64,000 nucleotides of DNA from NCBI GenBank assembly GCA_945892755.1, contig CAMDDO010000002.1, positions 58,418 through 122,417 on the forward strand, in the 5' to 3' direction. The notes below the pieces were generated by a model. It worked only from the letters and a program-made list of their open reading frames with translations, was not told the DNA's origin and searched no databases. The DNA comes from Rhizobium sp. Q54. GTDB taxonomy: Bacteria > Pseudomonadota > Alphaproteobacteria > UBA828. Positions within the stretch are counted from its first letter, which is position 1; each line of letters begins with the position of its first letter. Positions 22,291 through 33,440 of this stretch are shown here, one piece after another. A program made the translations under genes and the position numbers.

Positions 22291-23723
22291 CGTGCGCCCC
22301 CGGCGGTGCGGCGCGCATCGCCCAGGCCGGCATGGGAACGCACGAATTCCTTCACGCGTGACAGATCATTGGGCAGGCGCGTTGCGCGCTCGGGCCGTTC
22401 CAAAAGGTCGGCAAGGCGCTCGGGTAATTTGGGCGTGACGCCGGTGGCGCGCTCGACCGCGTCGGGAAACTTGGCCGGGTGTGCGGTCGCGAGACAGATC
22501 AACGGCACGTCCTCCTCGGTCTCATCGGCGGCGGCGATGCCGGCCGCCGTATGCGGATCGATCAAGTGTCCGGTCTCCTTATAGGTGCGCGCAATGGCAT
22601 CGAGCGCGGCCGTATCGTCCGCCCGATGACCGCGAAAGACCTGCCGCGCCGATTCAAGCTCGGCCGCGCCAACGGCGAAGCGGCCTTCCGTGCCGAGTTG
22701 ATCCATCAGCTTCCGCACCACCGCGCCATCGCCGCCATGCAGCTCGAACAGAAGCCGCTCGAAATTGCTTGCCACCTCGATATCCATCGAGGGGCTGAGC
22801 GAGGGCGTGACCCCCGCCCTTTGATAGGCTCCGCTGGCAAGAAAGCGCGCCAGGATGTCATTCACATTTGTCGCGACGTGCAGCCGCTTGATCGGTAGGC
22901 CGATCTGGCGCGCCGCGTAGCCGGCATAGACATTGCCGAAATTGCCGGTCGGCACGACGAACGCCACGTGTCGCGCCGGCGCGCCGAGCCTGAGCGCGGC
23001 GTAGACGTAGTAGACGATCTGCGCGGCGACGCGCGCCCAATTGATCGAGTTGATCGCGCCGAGCGACAGCTGATCGCGGAAGGCGAGATCGTTGAACATC
23101 GCCTTCACCAGCGCCTGGCAATCGTCGAAGCTGCCGTCGATTGCGATGTTATGGACATTATCGTCCAGCACGCTGGTCATCTGGCGGCGCTGCACCTCGG
23201 AGACGCGGCCGTGCGGATGAAGGATGAAGACCGAGAGGTTGGCGCGGCCACGGCAGGCGGCGATCGCGGCCGACCCGGTATCGCCCGAGGTCGCGCCGAC
23301 GATGGTGAGCCGCGCGCCACGCTTGGCCAGGACATGGTCGAACAGGCGGCCCAAAAACTGGAGCGCGAAATCCTTGAAGGCGAGCGTGGGTCCATGGAAC
23401 AGCTCGAGGAGCCAGCGGTTCGGCCCGAGCTGAATCAGTGGCGCGGTCGCCGGATGGTCGAAGCTCGCATAGGCGTCCTTGGCCATGGCAAGCAGCGTGC
23501 GCTCATCGATCACGCCAGCGGTAAAGGGCGCCAACACGCGCGCCGCCAGCGTCGGATAGTCGAGCGCCGCCAAGGCGTCGAGCGCGCGGGCGTTGAGCGC
23601 CGGCCAGCGCGCCGGCACATAGAGCCCGCCGTCGCGCGCGAGCCCGGCAAGGAGCACGTCATCGAAGCCGACGGGGCCGGGCCCGCCGCCTTCCTTGGTG
23701 TGGCGTGTCGAGATATAGCGCAA
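22287..23723 (-). CDS. thrC: Threonine synthase
   Basis: MRYISTR, ELFHGPTLAFKD, ATSGDTG, NSINWAR, PTGNFG. Confidence 0.97.
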   Translation of the reverse strand: MRYISTRHTKEGGGPGPVGFDDVLLAGLARDGGLYVPARWPALNARALDALAALDYPTLAARVLAPFTAGVIDERTLLAMAKDAYASFDHPATAPLIQLGPNRWLLELFHGPTLAFKDFALQFLGRLFDHVLAKRGARLTIVGATSGDTGSAAIAACRGRANLSVFILHPHGRVSEVQRRQMTSVLDDNVHNIAIDGSFDDCQALVKAMFNDLAFRDQLSLGAINSINWARVAAQIVYYVYAALRLGAPARHVAFVVPTGNFGNVYAGYAARQIGLPIKRLHVATNVNDILARFLASGAYQRAGVTPSLSPSMDIEVASNFERLLFELHGGDGAVVRKLMDQLGTEGRFAVGAAELESARQVFRGHRADDTAALDAIARTYKETGHLIDPHTAAGIAAADETEEDVPLICLATAHPAKFPDAVERATGVTPKLPERLADLLERPERATRLPNDLSRVKEFVRSHAGLGDARRTAGGAR

Positions 23724-23808
23724 GCGATCGTCCCCTCGCGGCCGGCCAGCCAGCCGGCACGAACGGCCAGACTATAGGGTGGCGGGGAGGCGGAGCAAGG
23801 GACGGGGC

Positions 23809-25320
23809 CTACCCCAAATACCGCCGCTCCAGGTGCGCCTTGAAGACGAGCGGATCCAGAGGCCGGCCGGTGGCGCGGCTGACCAGCTCGCGCGAATCAT
23901 AGAGCGAGCCCAAGCCGTGGACGTGCGTGCGGAGCCAGGAAATCAACGGCTTGAAATCGCCGCGCGCGATGGCCGGGACCAAATCGGCGTCCGAGCGGCG
24001 GGCGGCGTCGAACAATTGCGCCGCGGTCAGGGCGCCCAGCGTATAGCTTGGGAAATAACCGAGGCCGCCGTCGGTCCAGTGAATATCCTGCAGGCAACCC
24101 AAGGCATGATTGGGCGGCACGATGCCGAGATGATGCTTCATCCCTTGGTTCCAGGCTTCCGGGATGTCGTCGACCTCGAGCGTGCCGGCGATCAACTGCT
24201 TTTCGAGTTTGTAGCGGATCATGACGTGGAACGGATAGGTCACCTCGTCGGCGTCGACCCGGATGAAACCGGGGCGCACCCGAATGGCATGGGCGTAAAG
24301 ATTGGCCGGCTCGAATGCCTCGCCCTCGACCGGCGCGTGACCCTGGAACGCCTCGCGGATCAAGGGCGCGGCGAAGCTCAGGAATTCGAGGCTGCGGCAC
24401 GCCTGCATCTCGACCAATAGCGACTGGCTCTCATGCACGCTCATGCCGCGCGCGTCGCCGACCGGCTGCGTGCGCCAGGCCTCGGGCAGGCCGCGCTCAT
24501 AAAGCGCGTGGCCGGTCTCATGCAGCACGGCCATCAAGGCCCCGGCGAAATCACTTTCGTCGTAGCGCGTCGTGATGCGCACATCATCGGGCACGCCGCC
24601 GCAAAACGGATGCAGGCTCACATCGAGCCGGCCGTGTGCGAATTCGAAGCCAAGCCGCTCCATCAGTTTCACGCCGAGCGCCCGCTGCGCCTCGATCGGG
24701 AAGCGGCCCTTGAGCGTTAGCGGCGCCGGGCGCTGATCCTGCCGCGCCAATACGCGATCGAGAATCCCGGGCAGGAAGTTTTCGAGCACGCCGAAGATGC
24801 GGTCGATCTCAACCATGGTGTAGCCGGGGTCGAAGGCGTCGATCAGCGCGTCATAGGGCGCGAGACCGAGCGCCGCGCCCTTGGCGGCCGCCTTCTCGCG
24901 CACCAGCACGAGGAGAGGCTTGAAGACCTCGGCGAAGGCCTTGAAATCGCCCTTGGGCCGCGCCGCGCGCCAGACCATCTCGCATTTGGCGCCAGCCTTG
25001 GAGAGCGCTTCAACGAGCGCCGGCGATACGCCATTGGCGTGGCGCTGGCGGTGGCGCATTTCGCGCACATTGGCGCGTTGCCAGTCGTCGAGCGCGCGGC
25101 CGTCGCTCTCGACCCGGGCGATAAGCTCGTCCAATTTGGCATCGGTGATCAGCTCGTGGCGGATCAGGCTCAGCTCGGCCAGCTGGTCGGAGCGGGCGCC
25201 CGCGCCGCCTTCGGGCATCATGGTCGCCCAGTCCCATTGCAGCACGGCGGAAGCGCCGTCGAGATTGGCGATGCGGCGAAAGCGGCGTTCGAGCTCGTGA
25301 TAGGCGGCTAAGGGTGTCAT
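23809..25320 (-). CDS. Carboxypeptidase, M32 (Taq-like)
   Basis: HPF, DVRITTRY, HETGH, HESQ, IRVDADE, GCLQDIHW. Confidence 0.95.
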   Translation of the reverse strand: MTPLAAYHELERRFRRIANLDGASAVLQWDWATMMPEGGAGARSDQLAELSLIRHELITDAKLDELIARVESDGRALDDWQRANVREMRHRQRHANGVSPALVEALSKAGAKCEMVWRAARPKGDFKAFAEVFKPLLVLVREKAAAKGAALGLAPYDALIDAFDPGYTMVEIDRIFGVLENFLPGILDRVLARQDQRPAPLTLKGRFPIEAQRALGVKLMERLGFEFAHGRLDVSLHPFCGGVPDDVRITTRYDESDFAGALMAVLHETGHALYERGLPEAWRTQPVGDARGMSVHESQSLLVEMQACRSLEFLSFAAPLIREAFQGHAPVEGEAFEPANLYAHAIRVRPGFIRVDADEVTYPFHVMIRYKLEKQLIAGTLEVDDIPEAWNQGMKHHLGIVPPNHALGCLQDIHWTDGGLGYFPSYTLGALTAAQLFDAARRSDADLVPAIARGDFKPLISWLRTHVHGLGSLYDSRELVSRATGRPLDPLVFKAHLERRYLG

Positions 25321-26060
25321 GGCTGTTTCGTGGGCACGGGCCGGCGCCGTTTGCCGCGCATGAAGATGACATAGATCACGCCGAGCCCGACGGCGAGCGC
25401 GTACCAGGTGATGGCATAGCTCAAATGCTCGTTCCGAAGCACGACGATGGTTTGACCGCCGATCGGGAAACCGCCGAGATTTTCCGCCGCGCCGGCATCG
25501 ACGATGAAGCTTTGCGCCGGGATGCCAGCAACGGTCGAGAGCGAAACCAGATCGACCCAGTACCAGATTCTTTGGTCGACGCTATTTTCCGGCGCGAACC
25601 AGGCGTCGCGCCCGCCCGGCACGACGAGCCCTTCGACGCTCACCCGGCCTTCGACCTGCCCGGCCCGGCGGTACTTGGGCTCCTTGCGCTCGAGCGGCAC
25701 CCAGCCCCGGTTCAGGAGAATGGTATCGCCGGTCGCGCGCTTGAACGGCGTGATGATCTGGAAGCCAAGCTGGCGGCGATGGCTGCGCGCGCCGAGGAAC
25801 ATCTCCTGATCATGCAGGAATTCGCCTTCGACGATGACACGTCGATAGAACAATGCGGCAGGGTCATCGACGGTCGCCGGCAGATCGATCGGCGCGGCGG
25901 CGATGCGTTCGTCACGGTAGGCCTGTTCGGACGTCTTCCAGCTCAACCTCTGGGTCTGCCAGGCACCAAGTGCCAGCATAACCAGGATGCCTGGAATCGC
26001 CACGAGCGTCGCCCAGCGCCGCGCCCGCGACGAGAGCGGACGCTCAGTGCGGGAGGTCAC
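25317..26060 (-). CDS. SURF1/Shy1 cytochrome oxidase assembly protein
   Basis: LGAWQ.QRL.WK, LLNRGWVP, NEHLSYAITWY. Confidence 0.94.
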   Translation of the reverse strand: MTSRTERPLSSRARRWATLVAIPGILVMLALGAWQTQRLSWKTSEQAYRDERIAAAPIDLPATVDDPAALFYRRVIVEGEFLHDQEMFLGARSHRRQLGFQIITPFKRATGDTILLNRGWVPLERKEPKYRRAGQVEGRVSVEGLVVPGGRDAWFAPENSVDQRIWYWVDLVSLSTVAGIPAQSFIVDAGAAENLGGFPIGGQTIVVLRNEHLSYAITWYALAVGLGVIYVIFMRGKRRRPVPTKQP

Positions 26061-26406
26061 TGAAGTCGTGCGCCCGGTTCTTGAACTGGAAGGCGACCAG
26101 GAGGCCCTTGGCCGGCCGGAGGAAAAGCGCCGAGAGCGCGAACACCGTCGGCGCCCACAACACGAGGTGAACCCAATAGGACGGCTGAATTGTGAGCTCG
26201 ACCAGGATCGCGAGCCCGACCACGATCGCCCCGACCAGGAACATCACAAAAAAGGCCGGGCCATCGCCAGGGTCAGCGCCCTTGAACGATTGGCCACAGG
26301 CCGGGCATGCGTCGGCGATCTTGAGAAACCCCGCGTACAAGCGACCTTTGCCACAAGCCGGACACCGGCAGGTGAAGCCCGCACGCCAGGGCGACGTGCG
26401 GGACAT
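26044..26406 (-). CDS. DUF983 membrane protein
   Basis: CRCPACGKGRLY..CPACG..DGPAFF, two TM helices. Confidence 0.88.
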   Translation of the reverse strand: MSRTSPWRAGFTCRCPACGKGRLYAGFLKIADACPACGQSFKGADPGDGPAFFVMFLVGAIVVGLAILVELTIQPSYWVHLVLWAPTVFALSALFLRPAKGLLVAFQFKNRAHDFSDLPH

Positions 26407-26420
26407 GACAAGCGCCTCGT

Positions 26421-27245
26421 TCAGCCGCCCCACCAATAGACCCAGATGAACAGGAACAGCCAGACCACGTCAACGAAGTGCCAATACCAGGCGGCGGCCT
26501 CGAAGCCGATATGCCGGTCGGGTTTGAAATGGCCGCGCAATTGCCGATAGAGGCAAACGCTCAGGAACAACACGCCGACCGTCACGTGAAAGCCGTGAAA
26601 ACCGGTCGCCATGAAGAAAGTTGAAGGAAACACGCCGCCGCGGAAGCTGAACGGCGCGTGGGCATATTCATAGCCCTGGATGCCGAGAAACGCGACGCCA
26701 AGGATAATGGTGAGCAGCAGGCCATTTATGCCGGCTTTTCGATCGCCGTGTTTGATGCCGTGATGCGCCCAGGTCACGGTCGCGCCCGAAGTGAGCAGGA
26801 TCACCGTATTGAGGAAAGGCAGCTGCCAGGCCGGGATCGCCTCGAAACCTTCGGGGGGCCACCCACCGATATATTCTTGATGGGTCAGCGCGCCGTTGAA
26901 AAATGCCCAGAAGAACGCGGCGAAGAACATCACCTCGGACGAGATGAACAGCACCATGCCGAAGCGCAAACCGCGCGTGACCGCGGCAGTATGATCGCCC
27001 TGCGCCGCTTCGCGTATCACATCGCGCCACCAGAGATACATGGTGGCGAGCACGAGCGCGAAGCCGATCGCCATCAGCCAGATATGGTTGCCGTGCATAT
27101 AGAGCACGACGCCGCCCAAGAGCGCGCCACCCGCGACCGCGCCGACCACCGGCCAAGGGCTCGGCTTGACCATGTGATAGGGATGGTTCGCGGCGTGACC
27201 GCCGTGACCATGATCGTGGCTTGCCGTCTGTGCCGTGCTCATCAT
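26421..27245 (-). CDS. coxC: Cytochrome c oxidase subunit III
   Basis: HPYHMVKPSPWP, FISSEVMFF, TGFHGFHV, WYWHFVDVVW. Confidence 0.97.
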   Translation of the reverse strand: MMSTAQTASHDHGHGGHAANHPYHMVKPSPWPVVGAVAGGALLGGVVLYMHGNHIWLMAIGFALVLATMYLWWRDVIREAAQGDHTAAVTRGLRFGMVLFISSEVMFFAAFFWAFFNGALTHQEYIGGWPPEGFEAIPAWQLPFLNTVILLTSGATVTWAHHGIKHGDRKAGINGLLLTIILGVAFLGIQGYEYAHAPFSFRGGVFPSTFFMATGFHGFHVTVGVLFLSVCLYRQLRGHFKPDRHIGFEAAAWYWHFVDVVWLFLFIWVYWWGG

Positions 27246-27299
27246 GATGCTCCGTTCTCGACCCCGGACGCTCTGGGCCGTCCTTTGGCCTTCCCAGTC

Positions 27300-27914
27300 C
27301 TAGTTCGCCAGCGACATCGGGCGTTCGTCGCCCTGGCTGGCTAATTGCACGTGCCGCTCAGGCTGTCCCACCGAGACCTCTTCCTTCTCGAAGAACGTGT
27401 AGGACAGCGTGATGGTATTGACGCCATCGAGCCCGCGGTCATCAAGAATCGCGGGATCGATGAAGAAACTGACCGGGAACTCGGCCGTCTCGCCTGGCGC
27501 CAATGTCTGCTCGGTGAAACAGAAGCAATCGATTTTGCTGAAATAGATCCCAGCCTTGTCGGGTGTCACATTGTAGGTCGCGGTGCCGGTGATCGGCCGA
27601 TCGGTCGGATTGGACGCGCGATAGAGCGCGAGCGTCTGTTCGCCGATCTTGACCTTGGTCTTGTGCGCCACCGGCTTGAAGCGCCAGGCCATGCCTTGGC
27701 CGATATCGGCGTTGAACTGGACGGTCATCAACCGCGTGCCGACAGCGCCGGGCGCTGCTTCGGCGACGCCGGTCGTGCCGTCATAGCCGGTGAGGTCGCA
27801 GAACAGCCGATAGAGCGGCACGGAGGCGAAGGCGAGCCCGGCCATGGCGACGACGACCGTGGCGAGCACGATCACGGTGCGGCGCTTGGGATCGAGCAAC
27901 ACGCGCGCGGTCAT
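27300..27914 (-). CDS. ctaG: Cytochrome c oxidase assembly protein CtaG/Cox11
   Basis: VPLYRLFC..TGY, KIDCFCFTEQ, ITLSYTF. Confidence 0.96.
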   Translation of the reverse strand: MTARVLLDPKRRTVIVLATVVVAMAGLAFASVPLYRLFCDLTGYDGTTGVAEAAPGAVGTRLMTVQFNADIGQGMAWRFKPVAHKTKVKIGEQTLALYRASNPTDRPITGTATYNVTPDKAGIYFSKIDCFCFTEQTLAPGETAEFPVSFFIDPAILDDRGLDGVNTITLSYTFFEKEEVSVGQPERHVQLASQGDERPMSLAN

Positions 27915-28030
27915 CCGCCGCCCCCGAACTTCACCATCGCGATGAAGAAGAAGAGCACGACGAGCCCCAAGAGCACGCCACCGAGGGCGTAATTGCGGGC
28001 GCGGCGCTGGCGATGCAGATCACTGGCCAT
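27911..28030 (-). CDS. Small single-TM protein (CoxF-like, 39 aa), absent from the ORF track
   Basis: MASDLHRQRRARNYALGGVLLGLVVLFFFIAMVKFGGGG*; starts 3 nt after the ctaB stop and overlaps ctaG by ATGA. Confidence 0.8.
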   Translation of the reverse strand: MASDLHRQRRARNYALGGVLLGLVVLFFFIAMVKFGGGG

Positions 28031-28033
28031 GGA

Positions 28034-28969
28034 TCAACCGACCCCGAGCGGCGCGACCGTGAAGCGGTCGACCAAAAGCAGCGCGAAGAGCAGGAACAAA
28101 TAAGCGATCGAGAACGGAAACAGCCGCTTGGCGTTCCGCATGGTGTGGTCACGCAGCACAGCGAAGGAGAGGCCGAGGAAGGCCGCGCCAAGCAGCGCCG
28201 CACCCACGCCATAGACCAAGCCGGAGAGCCCGATCGCGCACGGCGCCAAGGTGACCGGCACGAGCGCCAGGGCGTAAAACATGATCTGGCGGCGCGTCGC
28301 CGCCTCGCCCGCCACCACGGGCAGCATCGGCACGCCGGCCTTGTCGTAATCGCCCCGGCGATAAAGCGCGAGCGCCCAGAAGTGCGGCGGTGTCCACAAA
28401 AATATGATCGCGAACAAGACAATCGACGCGAGCGAAACCTCGCCACTCATGGCGGCCCAGCCGATCATCGGCGGAAACGCCCCGGCCGCGCCGCCGATCA
28501 CGATGTTCTGCGGCGTCCGCCGCTTCAACCCGATCGTGTAGATCACGACATAGAAGAAGATCGTGAAGGCCAGGAGGCCGGCGGCCGGCCAATTGACCGC
28601 GAGGCCCATGGTCGCGACCGAGCCGGCGGCGAGCACGATGCCGAAGCCGAGTGCCGATCCAGGCGCGACGCGACCCGCCGGAATCGGGCGGCCACGCGTG
28701 CGCGCCATCACCGCGTCGATATCGCGGTCGTACCACATGTTGATCGCACCCGACGCGCCGGCGCCGACCGCGATACACAGCATCGCGACCATGGCGATCA
28801 AGGGATGAGTTGCGCCGGGCGCCAGCACCAGGCCAACCAGCGCGGTGAAGACCACGAGCGACATCACCCGAGGCTTCAGCAGCTGCACATAGTCGCTGGG
28901 CGCGCCACGCGGCGGATCGGACGCTAGTGCCTCCGCCGGCGTGCCGAACCGTGGCTGCGACTCAGCCAT
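28034..28969 (-). CDS. ctaB: Protoheme IX farnesyltransferase (heme o synthase)
   Basis: [49 protein letters not shown]. Confidence 0.97.
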   Translation of the reverse strand: MAESQPRFGTPAEALASDPPRGAPSDYVQLLKPRVMSLVVFTALVGLVLAPGATHPLIAMVAMLCIAVGAGASGAINMWYDRDIDAVMARTRGRPIPAGRVAPGSALGFGIVLAAGSVATMGLAVNWPAAGLLAFTIFFYVVIYTIGLKRRTPQNIVIGGAAGAFPPMIGWAAMSGEVSLASIVLFAIIFLWTPPHFWALALYRRGDYDKAGVPMLPVVAGEAATRRQIMFYALALVPVTLAPCAIGLSGLVYGVGAALLGAAFLGLSFAVLRDHTMRNAKRLFPFSIAYLFLLFALLLVDRFTVAPLGVG

Positions 28970-29011
28970 GACGCGTTCCCCTGCCCAATCGATGCCCCGG
29001 CCTGCTCCAGC

Positions 29012-31491
<2,480 letters not shown>

Positions 31492-31737
31492 CTCTGTCCT
31501 CTGCATTCCCTCGGTGGCCGCGGCGCACATCCGGCCGGACATGCGCCATCATCGCGCGGCCCCGCCCCTTCGGTACCCCGCGCTATGTCGGCTCGGAGTA
31601 TAGGTCCAAGCGCTTTGTCGTGCGAGCCTTCAGGCCGGCTTGGCCAAGGCCCTATACATTCCCATGATTATCCTATATGTTATTGAAATATAAACATTTT
31701 ACTCTGGAACCTGAGAAGCGAAGGGGGCGCCGAGGTT

Positions 31738-31752
31738 GCGACCAATTGTCGC
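31738..31752. promoter_or_regulatory. Putative RegA/PrrA/RegR binding site between coxB and tldD
   Basis: Palindrome GCGAC-CAATT-GTCGC fits the GCGNC-N5-GNCGC consensus with an AT-rich spacer. Confidence 0.55.
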
Positions 31753-31856
31753 GATTTCGCCAACTTGCGCCGAGCCTGTGACGCCATGCCTGCTGGCTTG
31801 TGGGGCGTCGCTACCCATATGATTTGTCGAGTCGTTCTTGACCGAGGAGTTCTCCG

Positions 31857-33293
31857 ATGGATTCCGCCGCGATCGCGCGCGATCTGTTTTTCACCCGCGC
31901 TGGCCTCGATGAGCGCCGCACCACCGCCTTGCTCGGCGAGGCGTTCAAGGGCGCCGAGGATGGCGAGCTCTTTCTCGAATACCGCCAGAGCGAGGCGCTC
32001 TCGTTCGACGATGGCCGCATCAAATCGACCAGCTTCGACGTGACCCAAGGGTTTGGTCTACGCGTTGTCATCGGTGAATCGACGGGATACGCGCATGCCT
32101 CCGACCTGAGCGAGGGCGCCTTGAAGCGCGCGGTCGGGTCGCTCGGCGCGGTCAGCCGCGGCGCCGGCGGCCAACGCGCACTTGGCCCGTCGCGGACCAA
32201 TCGCACGCTTTACGCGCCGGAAAACCCGCTCGACGATGTGCCGCTTGAAGAGAAGATCGCGCTGCTTGCGGCGATCGACGCCTATGCGCGGAACAAGGAT
32301 TCCAACGTGCGCCAGGTCATGGCCTCGCTCGCCGGCGAGTGGCAAGTGGTGATGATCGAGCGCCCCGACGGTCAGCGCGTCGCCGATGTGCGCCCGCTGG
32401 TTCGGCTCAACGTCACGGTCGCGGTCGAGCGCGACGGGCGCATGGAAACGGGCTCGTTCGGCGTCGGCGGTCGCGAGGGTTATGGACGTTGGATCAAGCC
32501 CGAGGCCTGGCGCGCCCAAGTCGATGAGGCGCTGCGCCAGGCGTTGGTCAATCTCGAATCGGTCCCCGCGCCGGCCGGTGAAATGACCGTCATACTCGGT
32601 CCTGGCTGGCCCGGCATCTTGCTGCACGAAGCCACCGGCCATGGCCTTGAGGGTGATTTCAACCGCAAGAAAACCTCGGCCTTTGCCGGTTTGCTCGGCC
32701 AACGCGTCGCGGCCGAGGGCGTTACGGTGATCGACGACGGCACGATCCCGGGCCGGCGCGGCTCGCTCACGGTCGATGACGAGGGCACGCCGAGCGGCCG
32801 CACCGTGCTGATCGAAAACGGCATCTTGCGCGGCTATTTGCAGGACCGCATGAACGCGCGCCTGATGGGCATGGAGCCGACCGGCAATGGCCGGCGCGAG
32901 AGCTTCGCGCACCAGCCATTGCCACGCATGACCAACACCTTCATGCTCGCTGGCGACCGCGCGCCGGAAGACATCATCAAGGGCGTCACGAAGGGACTCT
33001 TTGCCGTCAATTTCGGTGGCGGGCAGGTCGACATCACCTCGGGCAAGTTCGTCTTCTCGGCGTCCGAGGCGTACATGATCGAGAATGGCAAGTTGGGCGC
33101 ACCGGTCAAAGGCGCGAGCCTGATCGGCAATGGCCCCGATGTGCTGACGCGGGTCAGCGCGGTCGGCAATGACATGGCGCTCGACCCCGGCATCGGCACC
33201 TGCGGCAAAGCCGGCCAGGGCGTGCCGGTCGGCGTCGGGCTGCCTACCGTGCGTATCGATGGGTTGACCGTCGGCGGCACCCAGGCCGGCTGA
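31857..33293 (+). CDS. tldD: Metalloprotease TldD
   Basis: GWPGILLHEATGHGLEGDFNRK, PRMTNT, GTCGKAGQGVPV. Confidence 0.96.
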   Translation: MDSAAIARDLFFTRAGLDERRTTALLGEAFKGAEDGELFLEYRQSEALSFDDGRIKSTSFDVTQGFGLRVVIGESTGYAHASDLSEGALKRAVGSLGAVSRGAGGQRALGPSRTNRTLYAPENPLDDVPLEEKIALLAAIDAYARNKDSNVRQVMASLAGEWQVVMIERPDGQRVADVRPLVRLNVTVAVERDGRMETGSFGVGGREGYGRWIKPEAWRAQVDEALRQALVNLESVPAPAGEMTVILGPGWPGILLHEATGHGLEGDFNRKKTSAFAGLLGQRVAAEGVTVIDDGTIPGRRGSLTVDDEGTPSGRTVLIENGILRGYLQDRMNARLMGMEPTGNGRRESFAHQPLPRMTNTFMLAGDRAPEDIIKGVTKGLFAVNFGGGQVDITSGKFVFSASEAYMIENGKLGAPVKGASLIGNGPDVLTRVSAVGNDMALDPGIGTCGKAGQGVPVGVGLPTVRIDGLTVGGTQAG

Positions 33294-33295
33294 GA

Positions 33296-33433
33296 CCAAG
33301 TCTCGATGAGCCCGCCTGATCGAGACTTGGCCGGCGCGACTGCGCCGCGCCGCTTATGCGGCGAAAGCCAAGCGCGCGGGACGCGCGCGCCCGGCGCTTG
33401 AGGACTTCCCGATGATCGCCAAGATCATCGGGA
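33296..33433. repeat. Dispersed structured repeat, copy A (fullest)
   Basis: ccaagtctcgat..atcgagacttgg hairpin, core ccggcgcgactgcgccgcgccgc..gcggcg..agccaagcgcg..cccggcgcttgagg, then tcccgatgatc..gatcatcggga hairpin. Homologous to copies at 44540 and 45492. Confidence 0.85.
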
Positions 33434-33440
33434 GATACCA

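Noticed and set aside
31797-31821. RpoH-type promoter for tldD (CTTG..CCCATAT)
   Set aside because: Spacer is shorter than the consensus; not supportable from sequence alone.
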